The notes under the pieces are model-generated. The model did not search any database. It was not told the origin of the DNA and saw nothing but the letters and a program-made list of their open reading frames with translations. This document shows positions 29,461 to 39,741 of a DNA stretch of 64,000 nucleotides, in pieces. The position numbers were made by a program, and so were the translations under genes. The stretch comes from Candidatus Latescibacterota bacterium. GTDB taxonomy: Bacteria > Latescibacterota > UBA2968 > GCA-2709665. The first letter of the stretch is position 1. Each line of letters opens with the position of its first letter. Where the stretch lies: contig OZ220733.1 of NCBI GenBank assembly GCA_965116875.1, positions 960,001 through 1,024,000 of the forward strand. The letters run 5' to 3'.

Positions 29461-30339
29461 ATGGAGCAATTCATTCAGAAAGCCGCCACGCTGGTGGAGG
29501 CATTTCCCTACATCCGCTCGTTTCGGGACAAGATCGTCGTTGTGAAATATGGAGGCAGTACACAGCCTGACGACGGCGGTTCGGACACGATTCTCGCGGA
29601 TCTGGTCTTCATGGAAACGGTAGGAATGCGGCCGGTGGTCGTGCATGGCGGCGGCAAGGAAATCAGCAGGCGCCTGCAGGAAGCCGGACTGGAATCCAGA
29701 TGGATCCACGGATTGCGCATAACGGACGCGGATTCGATGCAGGTGGTGGAAGAGACACTGTTCGGTGTGGTAAACAGACGGATTGTGGAGGGAATACGGG
29801 CGCTTGACGGTTGCGCGCACGGGATGTCCGCCAAGGAAGCCGGCGTGATGCACGTACGCAAACATTTCGCACAGGCAACGTCCGATGGAAAGCAGGTGGA
29901 TATCGGGTTTGTGGGCGACGTGCACCGGGTGGACCCGGAACCGATCCGCAAGGTTTGCGAAAAGGAGACGATTCCTGTGATCGCGCCGATCGGCCTGGGT
30001 CCCGACGGCAGGAGTTACAACGTGAACGCGGATACGGCGGCGGGGGAAATCGCGCGGACGCTTGAGGCGGAGAAACTCGTTTTTCTGACGGACGTAAACG
30101 GCATATTGAGTGACAGCGCCGATCCGGAATCCAGGATATCCACATTGCACGTCAATGACGTGGAAGGGATGATCCGGGTCGGTACGGCAAAGGGCGGGAT
30201 GATTCCGAAGCTTCAGGCTTGCGTGCGTTCGGTGAGAGGGGGCGTAAACAAGACGCACATTATAGATGGACGCGTTCCGCACGCCTTGCTGCTCGAAGTC
30301 TTTACGCGTGAGGGGATTGGCACCGAGATTGTCCAATGA
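29461..30339 (+). CDS. argB: Acetylglutamate kinase
   Basis: VVKYGG, VVHGGGKEI, GLRITD, NVNADTAA, GGMIPKL. Confidence 0.96.
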   Translation: MEQFIQKAATLVEAFPYIRSFRDKIVVVKYGGSTQPDDGGSDTILADLVFMETVGMRPVVVHGGGKEISRRLQEAGLESRWIHGLRITDADSMQVVEETLFGVVNRRIVEGIRALDGCAHGMSAKEAGVMHVRKHFAQATSDGKQVDIGFVGDVHRVDPEPIRKVCEKETIPVIAPIGLGPDGRSYNVNADTAAGEIARTLEAEKLVFLTDVNGILSDSADPESRISTLHVNDVEGMIRVGTAKGGMIPKLQACVRSVRGGVNKTHIIDGRVPHALLLEVFTREGIGTEIVQ

Positions 30340-30391
30340 AGCATCACACGGATCAGGTTGCGGTTCTGGAACCCAAAAACCCGGGGAGTGG

Positions 30392-31591
30392 ATGATGGAC
30401 ACGAAAGAAATAATCGAACTCGAGCAGAACTACATTCTACAGACCTACGCGCGGCCCGAATTTGTCCTGGAACGGGGAGACGGGGTGCATCTGTTCGACA
30501 CCGACGGTAGACAGTATCTGGATTTTGTGAGCGGGTTGTCCGTGAATGCGCTGGGATACAACAACCCGACCATTGGCGACGCGATCTCCGCCCAGGCGCG
30601 GAAGCTGATCCACGTCTCAAACCTGTACCATACCATTCCCGCGCCACGGCTGGCGCAATTGCTGTGCGACCGTTCCTTCGCGGATCGTGTATTTTTCTGC
30701 AACAGCGGAACCGAGTCCTGGGAAGCCGCGCTGAAGTTCGCGCGAAAATGGGGGTACAGAAATTTCGAGGATCGTGCGAAGTACAAGTTCATTGCGATGA
30801 ACAACTCGTTTCACGGACGCACGATGGGGTCGGTCTCCACGACAGGTCAGCCAAAGTACCACAAGGGCTTCGGACCCTTGCTGCCCGGAGTCTCGTTCGC
30901 GGAATTCAACAGTCTCGAATCGGTGGAGCGGTTGGTGGATGCGGAGACGGTAGCGGTAATTCTGGAGCCGCTCCAGGCCGAGGGCGGCATTCATTCGGGG
31001 GATCCATCGTTTATCGAAGGGCTGCGGCAGTTGTGCGACGAGATGAAAATGCTGCTTGTGTTCGACGAGATCCAGTCCGGACTCTGCAGGACCGGGGCCC
31101 TGTTCTGTTACGAGTACTACGGCGTAGCACCGGACATGATGACGCTGGCCAAGCCCCTGGCCGGAGGCCTGCCGATCGGCGCGACGCTGATGAGCCAGGA
31201 CGTTGCCGATGCCGTGGAGCCCAGCGACCACGCGGCTACGTTCGGGGCGCATCCGGTCAGTTGCGCCGTGGGCATCGAGGTCTTCAAGCAACTCTCGGAC
31301 CCGGGATTCATCGCGTCCGTAAGGGCGAACGGCGACCACCTGAATGGCCGGCTGAACGCGCTGAAGGAAAGGCACCCGGACAAAATCACGGAGGTCCGCG
31401 GAAGGGGGTTGATCGCGGGAGCGGTGTTGGCCGGCGATCCGGCCGCTGACGTGATGGACGCTTTCCGTGAGCGGGGAATCCTGGTATGTATGGCGGGCCC
31501 CGACGTGGTGCGTTTTCTGCCGCCCCTGGTGGTGGACCAGGCGAATATCGACCACGTCATGGACGTGTTTGACGAAATCCTGAAAAGTTAG
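30392..31591 (+). CDS. argD: Acetylornithine aminotransferase
   Basis: FCNSGTE, SFHGRT, EPLQAEGG, FDEIQSG, TLAKPLAGGLPIG, RFLPPL. Confidence 0.94.
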   Translation: MMDTKEIIELEQNYILQTYARPEFVLERGDGVHLFDTDGRQYLDFVSGLSVNALGYNNPTIGDAISAQARKLIHVSNLYHTIPAPRLAQLLCDRSFADRVFFCNSGTESWEAALKFARKWGYRNFEDRAKYKFIAMNNSFHGRTMGSVSTTGQPKYHKGFGPLLPGVSFAEFNSLESVERLVDAETVAVILEPLQAEGGIHSGDPSFIEGLRQLCDEMKMLLVFDEIQSGLCRTGALFCYEYYGVAPDMMTLAKPLAGGLPIGATLMSQDVADAVEPSDHAATFGAHPVSCAVGIEVFKQLSDPGFIASVRANGDHLNGRLNALKERHPDKITEVRGRGLIAGAVLAGDPAADVMDAFRERGILVCMAGPDVVRFLPPLVVDQANIDHVMDVFDEILKS

Positions 31592-31621
31592 CTGGCGTAC
31601 GAGGGGAAAGGAGCGTCTGGA

Positions 31622-32875
31622 ATGAAATTGGCGGACATTCGGGGAAAGCGGATTGCGCTGGCGGCGTCCGGCGGGCTTGACAGCTGTACAGTTACGCGTT
31701 GGCTTGCCGACCAGGGGGTGGAGGTGGTGAGCATAACGGCCGATATCGGGCAGCCGGACGAGGACGATATCGAGGACGTCGGCCGGCGGATGCTGGCCTG
31801 CGGGGCCGTGGATTCGGTAATCCTGGACCTGAAGTCGGACCTGGCCGAGGAGGCCATCACGATGCTCCTCGCCAATGCCGTCTACGAAGGCGGGTACTGG
31901 AACACGACCGGTCTTGCCCGGCACGTGACCGCGAAGGGGATCCTGGAGGAGATGCGGATTCGTGATATCGACGTACTCGCGCACGGCGCCACGGGCCGCG
32001 GGAACGACCAGGTGCGCTTCCAACTCGTCGCCAATATGCTGTCGCCCGCCGTCAATGTATATGCGCCTTGGCGCGACGATGCATTCCTGGAGCATTTCGG
32101 GGGACGCAGGGAGATGATCGCCTACTGCCAGGCCCGGAACCTGCCCATTACGGCCACACAGGACAAGCCGTATTCAACGGATGCGAATCTGCTGGGGTTG
32201 ACGCATGAGGCGGGAAAGCTGGAATACCTTGACGTGGCCGCGGATTTCGTCGAGCCGGGCATGGGCGTTTTCCCCAGGGACGCGCCGGACCGCCCGGAGA
32301 CGTTCTCCGTTACGCTTGAAGCGGGGCGCCCCGTGCTTGTGAACGGGGAGCACGTGGATGCCGTGTCGGCGATCGCAACGGCAAACGACGTTGCGGGGCG
32401 TCACGGAGTCGGCATCGGTATCCACACGGTCGAGAATCGCTTTGTGGGCATCAAATCCCGGGGGGTGTATGAAAGCCCCGGGCTTGCATTGCTTGGCGCG
32501 TGCTACCAGTTCCTGTTGCAGCAGGTGCTCGACAGGCGGGCGCGGCGGTTTTACGATTCTCTCTCCTCGGTGCTTGCCGAGCAGATCTACCAGGGGTATT
32601 ACTTCGACCTGTCATCGCAGATGATTCGAAGCGCCCTCTCGCCCGTTCGAAAGCTGGCGGATGGCTCGCTGACCGTTTCGGTCTACAAGGGGTCGGTAAC
32701 GTATCAATCCTCCGGGTCCGTGGCGCATTCCCTGTATTCCTCCGAACTGTCCTCGATGGAAGCGATCGGCGACTACGACCATCGGGATTCGGAGGGATTC
32801 CTGAATGTGCTGAGTGTCGGCGCGAAGGCGCTGAATGCGTCGCAACAGGTGGACAATGGTCTGACGGAAGACTGA
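31622..32875 (+). CDS. argG: Argininosuccinate synthase
   Basis: ASGGLDS, HGATGRGNDQVRF, YSTDANL, ENRFVGIKSRGVYESPG. Confidence 0.96.
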   Translation: MKLADIRGKRIALAASGGLDSCTVTRWLADQGVEVVSITADIGQPDEDDIEDVGRRMLACGAVDSVILDLKSDLAEEAITMLLANAVYEGGYWNTTGLARHVTAKGILEEMRIRDIDVLAHGATGRGNDQVRFQLVANMLSPAVNVYAPWRDDAFLEHFGGRREMIAYCQARNLPITATQDKPYSTDANLLGLTHEAGKLEYLDVAADFVEPGMGVFPRDAPDRPETFSVTLEAGRPVLVNGEHVDAVSAIATANDVAGRHGVGIGIHTVENRFVGIKSRGVYESPGLALLGACYQFLLQQVLDRRARRFYDSLSSVLAEQIYQGYYFDLSSQMIRSALSPVRKLADGSLTVSVYKGSVTYQSSGSVAHSLYSSELSSMEAIGDYDHRDSEGFLNVLSVGAKALNASQQVDNGLTED

Positions 32876-32931
32876 GAGACCGGGATCCGCAGTCCGCTTC
32901 ATGGGATATGGGGTCTGATTGGGACCATTCA

Positions 32932-34338
32932 ATGGGTGAACCTGCAAAAAAGCCATGGTCGGGTCGCTTCGACGAGGCGTCGGAAAGCGCGATGGAGCAA
33001 TTCAACGCATCCATCGGGTTCGACCGGCGGCTATACCGGGCGGACATCGCCGGAAGCCGGGCTCAGGCGAAAGCCCTGGCGAACATCGGCGTCCTTACGC
33101 CACAGGAACTGGACCGCATCCTGAAGGGCCTGGATCAGGTGGAAGCGGAAATTGCCGACGGCCGATTCGTGCCGGCCGCGCACCTGGAAGACATACACAT
33201 GGCGGTTGAGGCGCGGTTGATCGAGATCGTGGGTGACGTGGGCGGCAAACTCCATACAGGGCGCAGCAGGAACGATCAGGTTGCGCTGGATGAGCGGCTG
33301 TATCTGCGGGAGGCGGCTCGGGATACCGTTGCCGGCATCGACCGCCTGCAGACCGTCCTGGTGGATTTCGCCGATCGGCACATTGACGTCCTCATGCCGG
33401 GATATACGCATCTGCAGCAGGCGCAACCCGTGCGGCTGTCGCACTATACGATGGCGTTGTTCTGGATGCTGGATCGGGACCACGGTCGATTCGCCGCGTG
33501 CGCCGACCGGGCCGATGCAATGCCGCTCGGATCTGGCGCCTTCGCCGGCAGCGCATATCCGATCGACCGCGAATTCCTTGCGTCGGAACTGGGTTTTTCG
33601 CGGATAACCGAAAACAGTATCGACGCGGTCAGCGACCGGGACTATCTCCTGGAGTACATGGCCGCCGCGGCGATTCTCACGGGGCACCTCAGCAGGTTCT
33701 GCGAAGACCTGATCGTCTGGTCGTCAACCGAGTTTCGGTTTATCGAACTCGACGACGCGTACAGCACCGGCTCGAGCATGATGCCGCAGAAGAAAAACCC
33801 GGATTCGCTGGAACTGGTCCGCGGCAAGACGGGGCGGGTGTACGGTAATCTGATGGCGCTGTTGACCGTGATGAAGGGATTGCCTCTGACCTATTCGAAA
33901 GATCTTCAGGAGGACAAAGAGTCCTTCTTTGATACGGTCGATACGATTCATCAGGTGTTGGAGGTCTTCGCAGGCGCGTGGCGGACAATGACGGTCCAGG
34001 CCGAGCGGATGCGCGAAGCTCTCGACGGCGCCGTTGTCGCGACGGACCTCGCGGATTATCTCGTGAGAAAAGGGCTGCCCTTTCGTGAAACCCATCGAAT
34101 CGTGGGCAGGCTGGTCCGGACGGCCCTGTCACAGGGGCGGCGCCTGGACGAGCTGGACCTGGGGACCCTTCATTCGGAGTGCGATCTGTTCGAGGCGGAC
34201 GTGTTGGAGTCGCTTCGCGCAGACGCCAGTGTCAACCGGCGGGAACTGGATGGGGGCACCGGCTACGAGGCCGTGGCGGCGCAGATTCGCGGCGGCAGAC
34301 GGTTACTCGACCGGAGAAGGCGGAGAGCGGAAGGGTGA
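32932..34338 (+). CDS. argH: Argininosuccinate lyase
   Basis: WSGRF, LHTGRSRNDQV, MPGYTHLQQAQP, GSSMMPQKKNPD. Confidence 0.97.
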   Translation: MGEPAKKPWSGRFDEASESAMEQFNASIGFDRRLYRADIAGSRAQAKALANIGVLTPQELDRILKGLDQVEAEIADGRFVPAAHLEDIHMAVEARLIEIVGDVGGKLHTGRSRNDQVALDERLYLREAARDTVAGIDRLQTVLVDFADRHIDVLMPGYTHLQQAQPVRLSHYTMALFWMLDRDHGRFAACADRADAMPLGSGAFAGSAYPIDREFLASELGFSRITENSIDAVSDRDYLLEYMAAAAILTGHLSRFCEDLIVWSSTEFRFIELDDAYSTGSSMMPQKKNPDSLELVRGKTGRVYGNLMALLTVMKGLPLTYSKDLQEDKESFFDTVDTIHQVLEVFAGAWRTMTVQAERMREALDGAVVATDLADYLVRKGLPFRETHRIVGRLVRTALSQGRRLDELDLGTLHSECDLFEADVLESLRADASVNRRELDGGTGYEAVAAQIRGGRRLLDRRRRRAEG

Positions 34339-34970
34339 AGTCCTTCAGCGAGCGCGATGTGCGGCGGCACTACGACCTGCTGCAACACAGCCCGGATCTC
34401 GGTCTTACGCATCTGAAGGCGACGGACGGAGACCACGTCATCGGCATCGGGCTGTTCGATAACGAGGCCGATTTCGTTTCGGAGTGCCGGCGATACAACG
34501 GGCTGGGTACGCTGCACGTGGGTGTAAACCCGCGTTCGAATCGCCTGATGGAGGACTATGGCGGCTTACGGAACCGCATGCGCACCCTGTTCATGGACGT
34601 GGTTGCGGAAGGAGATATAGACTTTGTCACCGGAGTGGCCGTGATCAATCCGGATCAGCTGGTCCAACCTTCCCGAGAGTTCCTGCGCGACGCCTCCGTG
34701 CTTGTGGACGGCGAGGTCTTCTTCCCGCTCGATAAAGCGATGCCGGTATCCCCGGAATCCCTGCAGAAAGTCCGGCGACGGATGGATGTATGGCTATACG
34801 GCGAATGCGATTTCGACGGAATCGACCTGATGCAATTCGTAAGGGTTGCGGGAACGGCGGCTGCGGACGCTGGTTGGTTCAGACGAAGGACGATATTCAG
34901 GAAATACCGTCCGTATATCATGGATGGGATTACAGCCGGAATCGAGGAATTGACAGACGAACCGTCGTAG
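34335..34970 (+). CDS. Hypothetical protein resembling a degenerate RepB/AEP primase domain
   Basis: GTGA overlap with argH; GLFDNEADFV...LHVGVNPR, EGDIDFV and DLMQFVRVAGT; no DxD motif. Confidence 0.6.
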   Translation: MKSFSERDVRRHYDLLQHSPDLGLTHLKATDGDHVIGIGLFDNEADFVSECRRYNGLGTLHVGVNPRSNRLMEDYGGLRNRMRTLFMDVVAEGDIDFVTGVAVINPDQLVQPSREFLRDASVLVDGEVFFPLDKAMPVSPESLQKVRRRMDVWLYGECDFDGIDLMQFVRVAGTAAADAGWFRRRTIFRKYRPYIMDGITAGIEELTDEPS

Positions 34971-35045
34971 AAATCCCGGAAACGGAACTTTGGCGCCGCT
35001 GGGGCGTTTACGGGGCAGCGTCAGGCACAGGCTGACTGCAGGCGT

Positions 35046-35070
35046 GCGGGTCGACGACCCGCTTTTTTTT
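35046..35070 (+). terminator. Intrinsic terminator closing the arg operon
   Basis: GCGGGTC-GAC-GACCCGC followed by T8. Confidence 0.85.
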
Positions 35071-35149
35071 CGCAATGCGAGTTCCTGTGCTCGCGCCCGG
35101 GAACTCACCGGCAATTTTAAAAAAGCTTCTCACATCCTGGGAGATGGTT

Positions 35150-36205
35150 ATGTTTCGAAAGTCAATCGCATTGCTGTGCGCCAGTTGCGTGCTGTGGACA
35201 AGCCTGGTTGGCGCAGGTCAGACCCGGGCGGCGGACCCGGAAGGCGAAAATGCGAAAAATGGAGGAGAGGACGGCGAAAAACGTCCCACAACCATCCGGA
35301 CTATCGAAGCCCTGGAGGATGCAGGCTGGGCCATCGTGGACGTTCGGCAGATCGAGGGCAACCTTGTCGTGCTGAGCCCGCTCGTAGGACCGGAAATCGA
35401 CCTGGAGGAGAGCAACCGCTATTCCCTGTTCCAGGGGCGCAGCGTCTATAACGAAAGGGTTCCCCTCCGACTGCTCGATATGGCGATCCCCGGCATTCAG
35501 ACGGCCACTTTTCTGAAGAGCGGAGAACGCGTGATGGTAAGGATCCGATACCGGTCGGGTCCGAAAATCGCCAACAGGACCGTTCCGGTGGGAGACGAGG
35601 ATGCGCTCAGACGGCTGCGGGAATATGTCGAACATTTCGACAAGGTCCGGAAGGGTGAATACAAGATCGGATTCGAATCCCGGTTGCCGGACGATGCGGA
35701 ATACCCCAAGTATACCGACCGGAAGATCTCCTTCGAAGAGCGGCGTCCGCGGGCCGGAATTACGCGCCGGCTTCGAGGCGGGGTGGTCATGAAGGACGGT
35801 GAACGGATCGAGGGACAGTTGCTGCCGGAATACGACGACGGAACCGTACTGGTACAATCCGGTCTCGATGCCCGTCGGATTCCGGTTAAAGATATCGACC
35901 GGGTCCTGTTCCTTCGAGGGAGGCATTCAAAAAAACTCGGCACCGCAATCCGGATGGGGGTTGGGGGCGCAATATCCGGCGCCATCGTGGGTACGTTTGC
36001 CGGCTGGCAGACTGACTCGCCGGTCAAAGAGACAGCGCTTCTGTTTGGCGCGATATCCGGAGCGATTGGATTTTTCACGGGTCTGTTCCGCTCCAGCGGC
36101 GGCCCCGGAAAACGTGAATTCGTGCTGGGACCCGTAAGCGACGGGCGGGATCGAGACTCGGACCGTGATGAGGAGAATGACAGGCGCGGACCCCGAGGCA
36201 GATAG
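35150..36205 (+). CDS. Exported hypothetical protein with C-terminal glycine-zipper TM hairpin
   Basis: Signal peptide MFRKSIALLC...; Sm-like VVMKDGERIEGQL segment; GVGGAISGAIVG helices. Confidence 0.65.
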   Translation: MFRKSIALLCASCVLWTSLVGAGQTRAADPEGENAKNGGEDGEKRPTTIRTIEALEDAGWAIVDVRQIEGNLVVLSPLVGPEIDLEESNRYSLFQGRSVYNERVPLRLLDMAIPGIQTATFLKSGERVMVRIRYRSGPKIANRTVPVGDEDALRRLREYVEHFDKVRKGEYKIGFESRLPDDAEYPKYTDRKISFEERRPRAGITRRLRGGVVMKDGERIEGQLLPEYDDGTVLVQSGLDARRIPVKDIDRVLFLRGRHSKKLGTAIRMGVGGAISGAIVGTFAGWQTDSPVKETALLFGAISGAIGFFTGLFRSSGGPGKREFVLGPVSDGRDRDSDRDEENDRRGPRGR

Positions 36206-36229
36206 CCGGCTGGCAGGTAGACAAGAGGT

Positions 36230-36751
36230 GTGACATTGCCAGGCTTAGCGTATCTGGACGCACGTCCGGAAGTTCATGAATCTGCTTTTCTGGCCGACGG
36301 TGCGATTCTTGTTGGAAGGGTGTGTGTCGCGGCTGAGGCAAGTATCTGGTTCAATGCGGTGTTGCGCGGTGACGAGGAGCCGATCCGGATCGGCAAGGGG
36401 TCCAATATCCAGGACGGTGCGGTCCTGCATACCGATCCGGGATGTCCCTGTACCGTGGGCGAGTACGTGACTGTCGGGCACAACGCGATTCTGCACGGCT
36501 GTCTCGTAGATCGCGGGGCGACCATCGGAATGGGCGCAACGGTATTGAATCTGGCGCGGGTCGGCGAGGAATCGCTCGTCGCGGCGAACGCGCTGGTTCT
36601 CGAAGGTATGGAAATTCCGCCCCGGACGCTGGCGGCCGGGGTGCCGGCCAGGGTAAGGCGGGAACTCACGGAAGAAGAGATCGCGAATTTCAGGAAGAAT
36701 ACGGACGGGTACGTCAGGAGGAGGGGAATCTACAAGCGACGAGACCGGTAA
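36230..36751 (+). CDS. Gamma carbonic anhydrase family (hexapeptide repeat) protein
   Basis: IWFNAVLRGD, NIQDGAVLH, TVGHNAILHGC. Confidence 0.93.
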   Translation: MTLPGLAYLDARPEVHESAFLADGAILVGRVCVAAEASIWFNAVLRGDEEPIRIGKGSNIQDGAVLHTDPGCPCTVGEYVTVGHNAILHGCLVDRGATIGMGATVLNLARVGEESLVAANALVLEGMEIPPRTLAAGVPARVRRELTEEEIANFRKNTDGYVRRRGIYKRRDR

Positions 36752-36909
36752 ATTGAATATCGAGATTCGCCGAGGCGGGCCCCAATGGTTTGGCGCCCGC
36801 CATTGTTGTTGCTCGTCCGTACCGTTTGAGTCATCGATGCGTGAATGTGCAGGGCCTGGTCCTGTATCGCAAACCGGCAGTTTGCAGCGACGAGTCAAGG
36901 CTGGGAACT

Positions 36910-37287
36910 TTGGTACAAGAATCCGACATTACCGAGAGGTTCGAGCGGGGCATCCGAGAGTTCAATGCCGGCGACTACTACGCGTCTCACGACACGTGGG
37001 AGGACGTCTGGATGGATGTGCGGGGATCTGAAAGACCCTTTTTTCAGGGCATGATCCAGGTGGCGGTGGGCTACTATCACCTGACGTGCGAGAATTACGC
37101 GGGCGCGGAACACCTGTTGACCCGGGGGATCCGAAAGCTGGAGGCGTACAGTCCCGGCCACCGTGGAGTCGATACCGGGCGCCTGGTTGGCGAAGCGGCG
37201 ACGGCGCTTGCCGAGGTCCTCGAAGTCCGCGCGGGGAAACGGAAGTCGTACTCTTCGGCAATTGCGCCAAGGATTCGACGGGCGTGA
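36910..37287 (+). CDS. DUF309 domain protein (start uncertain)
   Basis: GIREFNAGDYYASHDTWEDVW, FFQGMIQVAVGYYH. Confidence 0.85.
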   Translation: MVQESDITERFERGIREFNAGDYYASHDTWEDVWMDVRGSERPFFQGMIQVAVGYYHLTCENYAGAEHLLTRGIRKLEAYSPGHRGVDTGRLVGEAATALAEVLEVRAGKRKSYSSAIAPRIRRA

Positions 37288-37337
37288 ATCTGCTGCATTC
37301 TGGTCGAATACCAGGCTTCTGATTCACGCAGTGCTCG

Positions 37338-37366
37338 TTGACACACGCGGATGGCGCCTGTATATT
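37338..37366 (+). promoter_or_regulatory. Sigma70-type promoter for the SDR-GNAT-lipoprotein unit
   Basis: TTGACA-N17-TATATT. Confidence 0.6.
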
Positions 37367-37453
37367 GGATCGAGGCTGCAGGATACCGTTATTTTGCCAC
37401 GTAGACGATGGTATCGTGGTTATTCAGACAGGATGAACGGAAGGGAATTCTCA

Positions 37454-38242
37454 ATGCGGTTAGAGGGCAAAGTCGCATGGATCACGGGCGGCGGCGCGGG
37501 CATCGGCAAGGCCGTGTCGATGCGGTTTGCGAAGGAAGGCGCGAAGGTGGTCGTATTGGAACTCGATCGGGAACGCGGGGAGTCCGTGGTTGAGGCGATC
37601 AAACGGGCGGGTGGCGAAGCCGAACTCGTGGTGGGCAGCGCGACTGATGAGACGAATGTCAATCGTGCGCTGGATGTGGCCCTGAAATCATATGGCGGTC
37701 TGGATATTCTGGTCAACAACGCCTATTCTTGTCATGGGACCAAAGTCCTGGATATAGATCCGGATTTATGGGACCGCAATATCGAGGGATGCCTGAAGAG
37801 CGCCTACCTCTGCAGCCGTGCGGCGCTTCCACGAATGATCGATCGCGGCGGCGGATCCATTGTGAACATTTCGTCCGTCAATGCGATCATGTCGTTTGGC
37901 GAGAGTGCGTACAGCGCCGCGAAGGCAGGCGTCATTTCGCTCACGAAGACAACGGCGGTAGATTACGGCCCAGCGGGCGTCAGGGTGAATGCAATCTGCC
38001 CCGGCACAATCATCACCGAAGGGTGGCAGCACGTACTCGATAAGGATCCTGAAATTTTCGAACGTATCGCCGAGGTTTATCCGCTCAAGCGCGTGGGCAG
38101 ACCTGAGGAAATCGCAAACGTCGCGCTTTTTCTGGCCTCGGACGAGGCGTCGTTCGTCACTGGCGCGGTGGTCGTGGCCGACGGGGGCGTGACGTCCGGA
38201 AATCCCGCGTTTCTGGACCACGTGGAAGGTAAACTCTCGTGA
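37454..38242 (+). CDS. SDR family oxidoreductase
   Basis: ITGGGAGIG, LVNNA, YSAAKAG, VNAICPG. Confidence 0.93.
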   Translation: MRLEGKVAWITGGGAGIGKAVSMRFAKEGAKVVVLELDRERGESVVEAIKRAGGEAELVVGSATDETNVNRALDVALKSYGGLDILVNNAYSCHGTKVLDIDPDLWDRNIEGCLKSAYLCSRAALPRMIDRGGGSIVNISSVNAIMSFGESAYSAAKAGVISLTKTTAVDYGPAGVRVNAICPGTIITEGWQHVLDKDPEIFERIAEVYPLKRVGRPEEIANVALFLASDEASFVTGAVVVADGGVTSGNPAFLDHVEGKLS

Positions 38243-39180
38243 AACCACCGCTTCGAATGCGTGACGGGTCCGTTTCCGATCCGGAACTCGGGGACCTGAT
38301 GGCACGATGTGCAGAGGGAGCAGGAGACGTATCGCCGCCGACCAGGGAGATCCTCGAAAATCTGCGTAATGACGAGATCCTGCTGGCATTCGACGGACCG
38401 ACGCCCGTTGGCTTCTGCGTAATGACGTTTGCGGACGGAGCACGGAACGCGGCGCTGAGATTCCTTGGGGTACACCCCGACCGCCGGCGAACTGGGCTTG
38501 GTCGGCGTCTCCTGGCGGAAGCGGAAGCGGTCGCCGGCACAAACGGGTACGCATCATTGCGGACGGGCGCGAGCATCTCCAGCGATCATGTGGCCGCAAC
38601 CGGACTTCTGGAACAATCGGGATGGAAACCCGTGTTCGGCGCGAGCCTGAGAATGTGGCGGAAACTCAAGGATCTTCCCAGTGCGAATGCGCCGGCAGGG
38701 TACCGAATAAGAACCTACGAGGCCGGCGACGACGCGGCATTCGTGCGGATCAAGAATGCGGCGTTCATGAGCGAGAACGCAGGCGGACGGGCGTGGACGG
38801 CGGCGGACTTCGAAAAGGAATATCTGGACTCGCCGCATTTCGATCCGAAGCGGGTCATGTTCGCGGTTTTCGGCGACGAACCCGTGGGCACAACCACAGC
38901 CTGGACGGCAACGTACTTGGGCAGGGACGTCGGCCTGATTCACTGGGTAGCAGTTGTACCGGAGCACCGGAGCAAGGGTTTGGGTTGGTGGTTGAACGTG
39001 CGTGCGTTGCACAAGTTGAAAGCGTTGGGATACAGGGAAGCCACCCTGAATACCAGCGAAACGCTGGAATCGGCCGTTCGCCTGTACCGCCGCCTGGGTT
39101 TTAAGGTGGTTTTGCGGCGCGCAGTGTACGAGAAGCCGCTCAACGGCGGTCGCAGTCCGTCCGTCGTTTCACGGGACTGA
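38239..39180 (+). CDS. Tandem GNAT acetyltransferase (MshD-like architecture)
   Basis: Two acetyl-CoA motifs, VHPDRRRTGLG and VVPEHRSKGLG; AVRLYRRLGF. Confidence 0.85.
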   Translation: MKPPLRMRDGSVSDPELGDLMARCAEGAGDVSPPTREILENLRNDEILLAFDGPTPVGFCVMTFADGARNAALRFLGVHPDRRRTGLGRRLLAEAEAVAGTNGYASLRTGASISSDHVAATGLLEQSGWKPVFGASLRMWRKLKDLPSANAPAGYRIRTYEAGDDAAFVRIKNAAFMSENAGGRAWTAADFEKEYLDSPHFDPKRVMFAVFGDEPVGTTTAWTATYLGRDVGLIHWVAVVPEHRSKGLGWWLNVRALHKLKALGYREATLNTSETLESAVRLYRRLGFKVVLRRAVYEKPLNGGRSPSVVSRD

Positions 39181-39222
39181 ATACTGCGGCGTTGCATCTG
39201 TCAGGGTGTGAGGATAGCAGAA

Positions 39223-39741
39223 ATGAAGCGTCATCTGGGCATGCTCATGATCCTCTGTATGGGCTGTGGTTCTTCGGATCCCGTGGGTGTGGTCGAACCG
39301 GCGCCGGACTCCACCGGCAAGATGCTGTCGGTTGCCGCGTCGGATTTTAACGCGTATCTCGTTGACGCCTTTCGAACCTACCAGACGGTGAACGTGATGA
39401 ATGCCGAATTCGGGTCCATCACGCAGGGATGGTCGGGTGGCGTGGTTTCGCGGTACTGGACACGGCAGTTCATGTCCAATCTGATCACCCGCCTGGAGAC
39501 GCTGCAGGTCCAGGTACGGGACATTCGCCCGGACGACAGCGAGTTGCGGCGGATTCACGATTCGTACGAGCAGGGGCTGGCCACCTTTCACGAGGCTTTC
39601 GTCGCCTTTCTGGGCCAGATCGACTTCCCCACAACCGAGGGGATCGAAGGCGTGAACCTGCTCATTTTCAGAGGCAACCAACGCATGGATGAGTTTCAAT
39701 TGTTGTTGAGCAATCTTGCGGGAAGGCAGATCCAGTTTTAA
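39223..39741 (+). CDS. Putative lipoprotein
   Basis: MKRHLGMLMILCMGC lipobox-like signal followed by a helical body. Confidence 0.65.
   Translation: MKRHLGMLMILCMGCGSSDPVGVVEPAPDSTGKMLSVAASDFNAYLVDAFRTYQTVNVMNAEFGSITQGWSGGVVSRYWTRQFMSNLITRLETLQVQVRDIRPDDSELRRIHDSYEQGLATFHEAFVAFLGQIDFPTTEGIEGVNLLIFRGNQRMDEFQLLLSNLAGRQIQF

Noticed and set aside
24202-32095. Long minus-strand ORFs (631, 518, 336 and 492 aa)
   Set aside because: Shadows of the S9 peptidase and arg genes, which carry clear family motifs on the plus strand.
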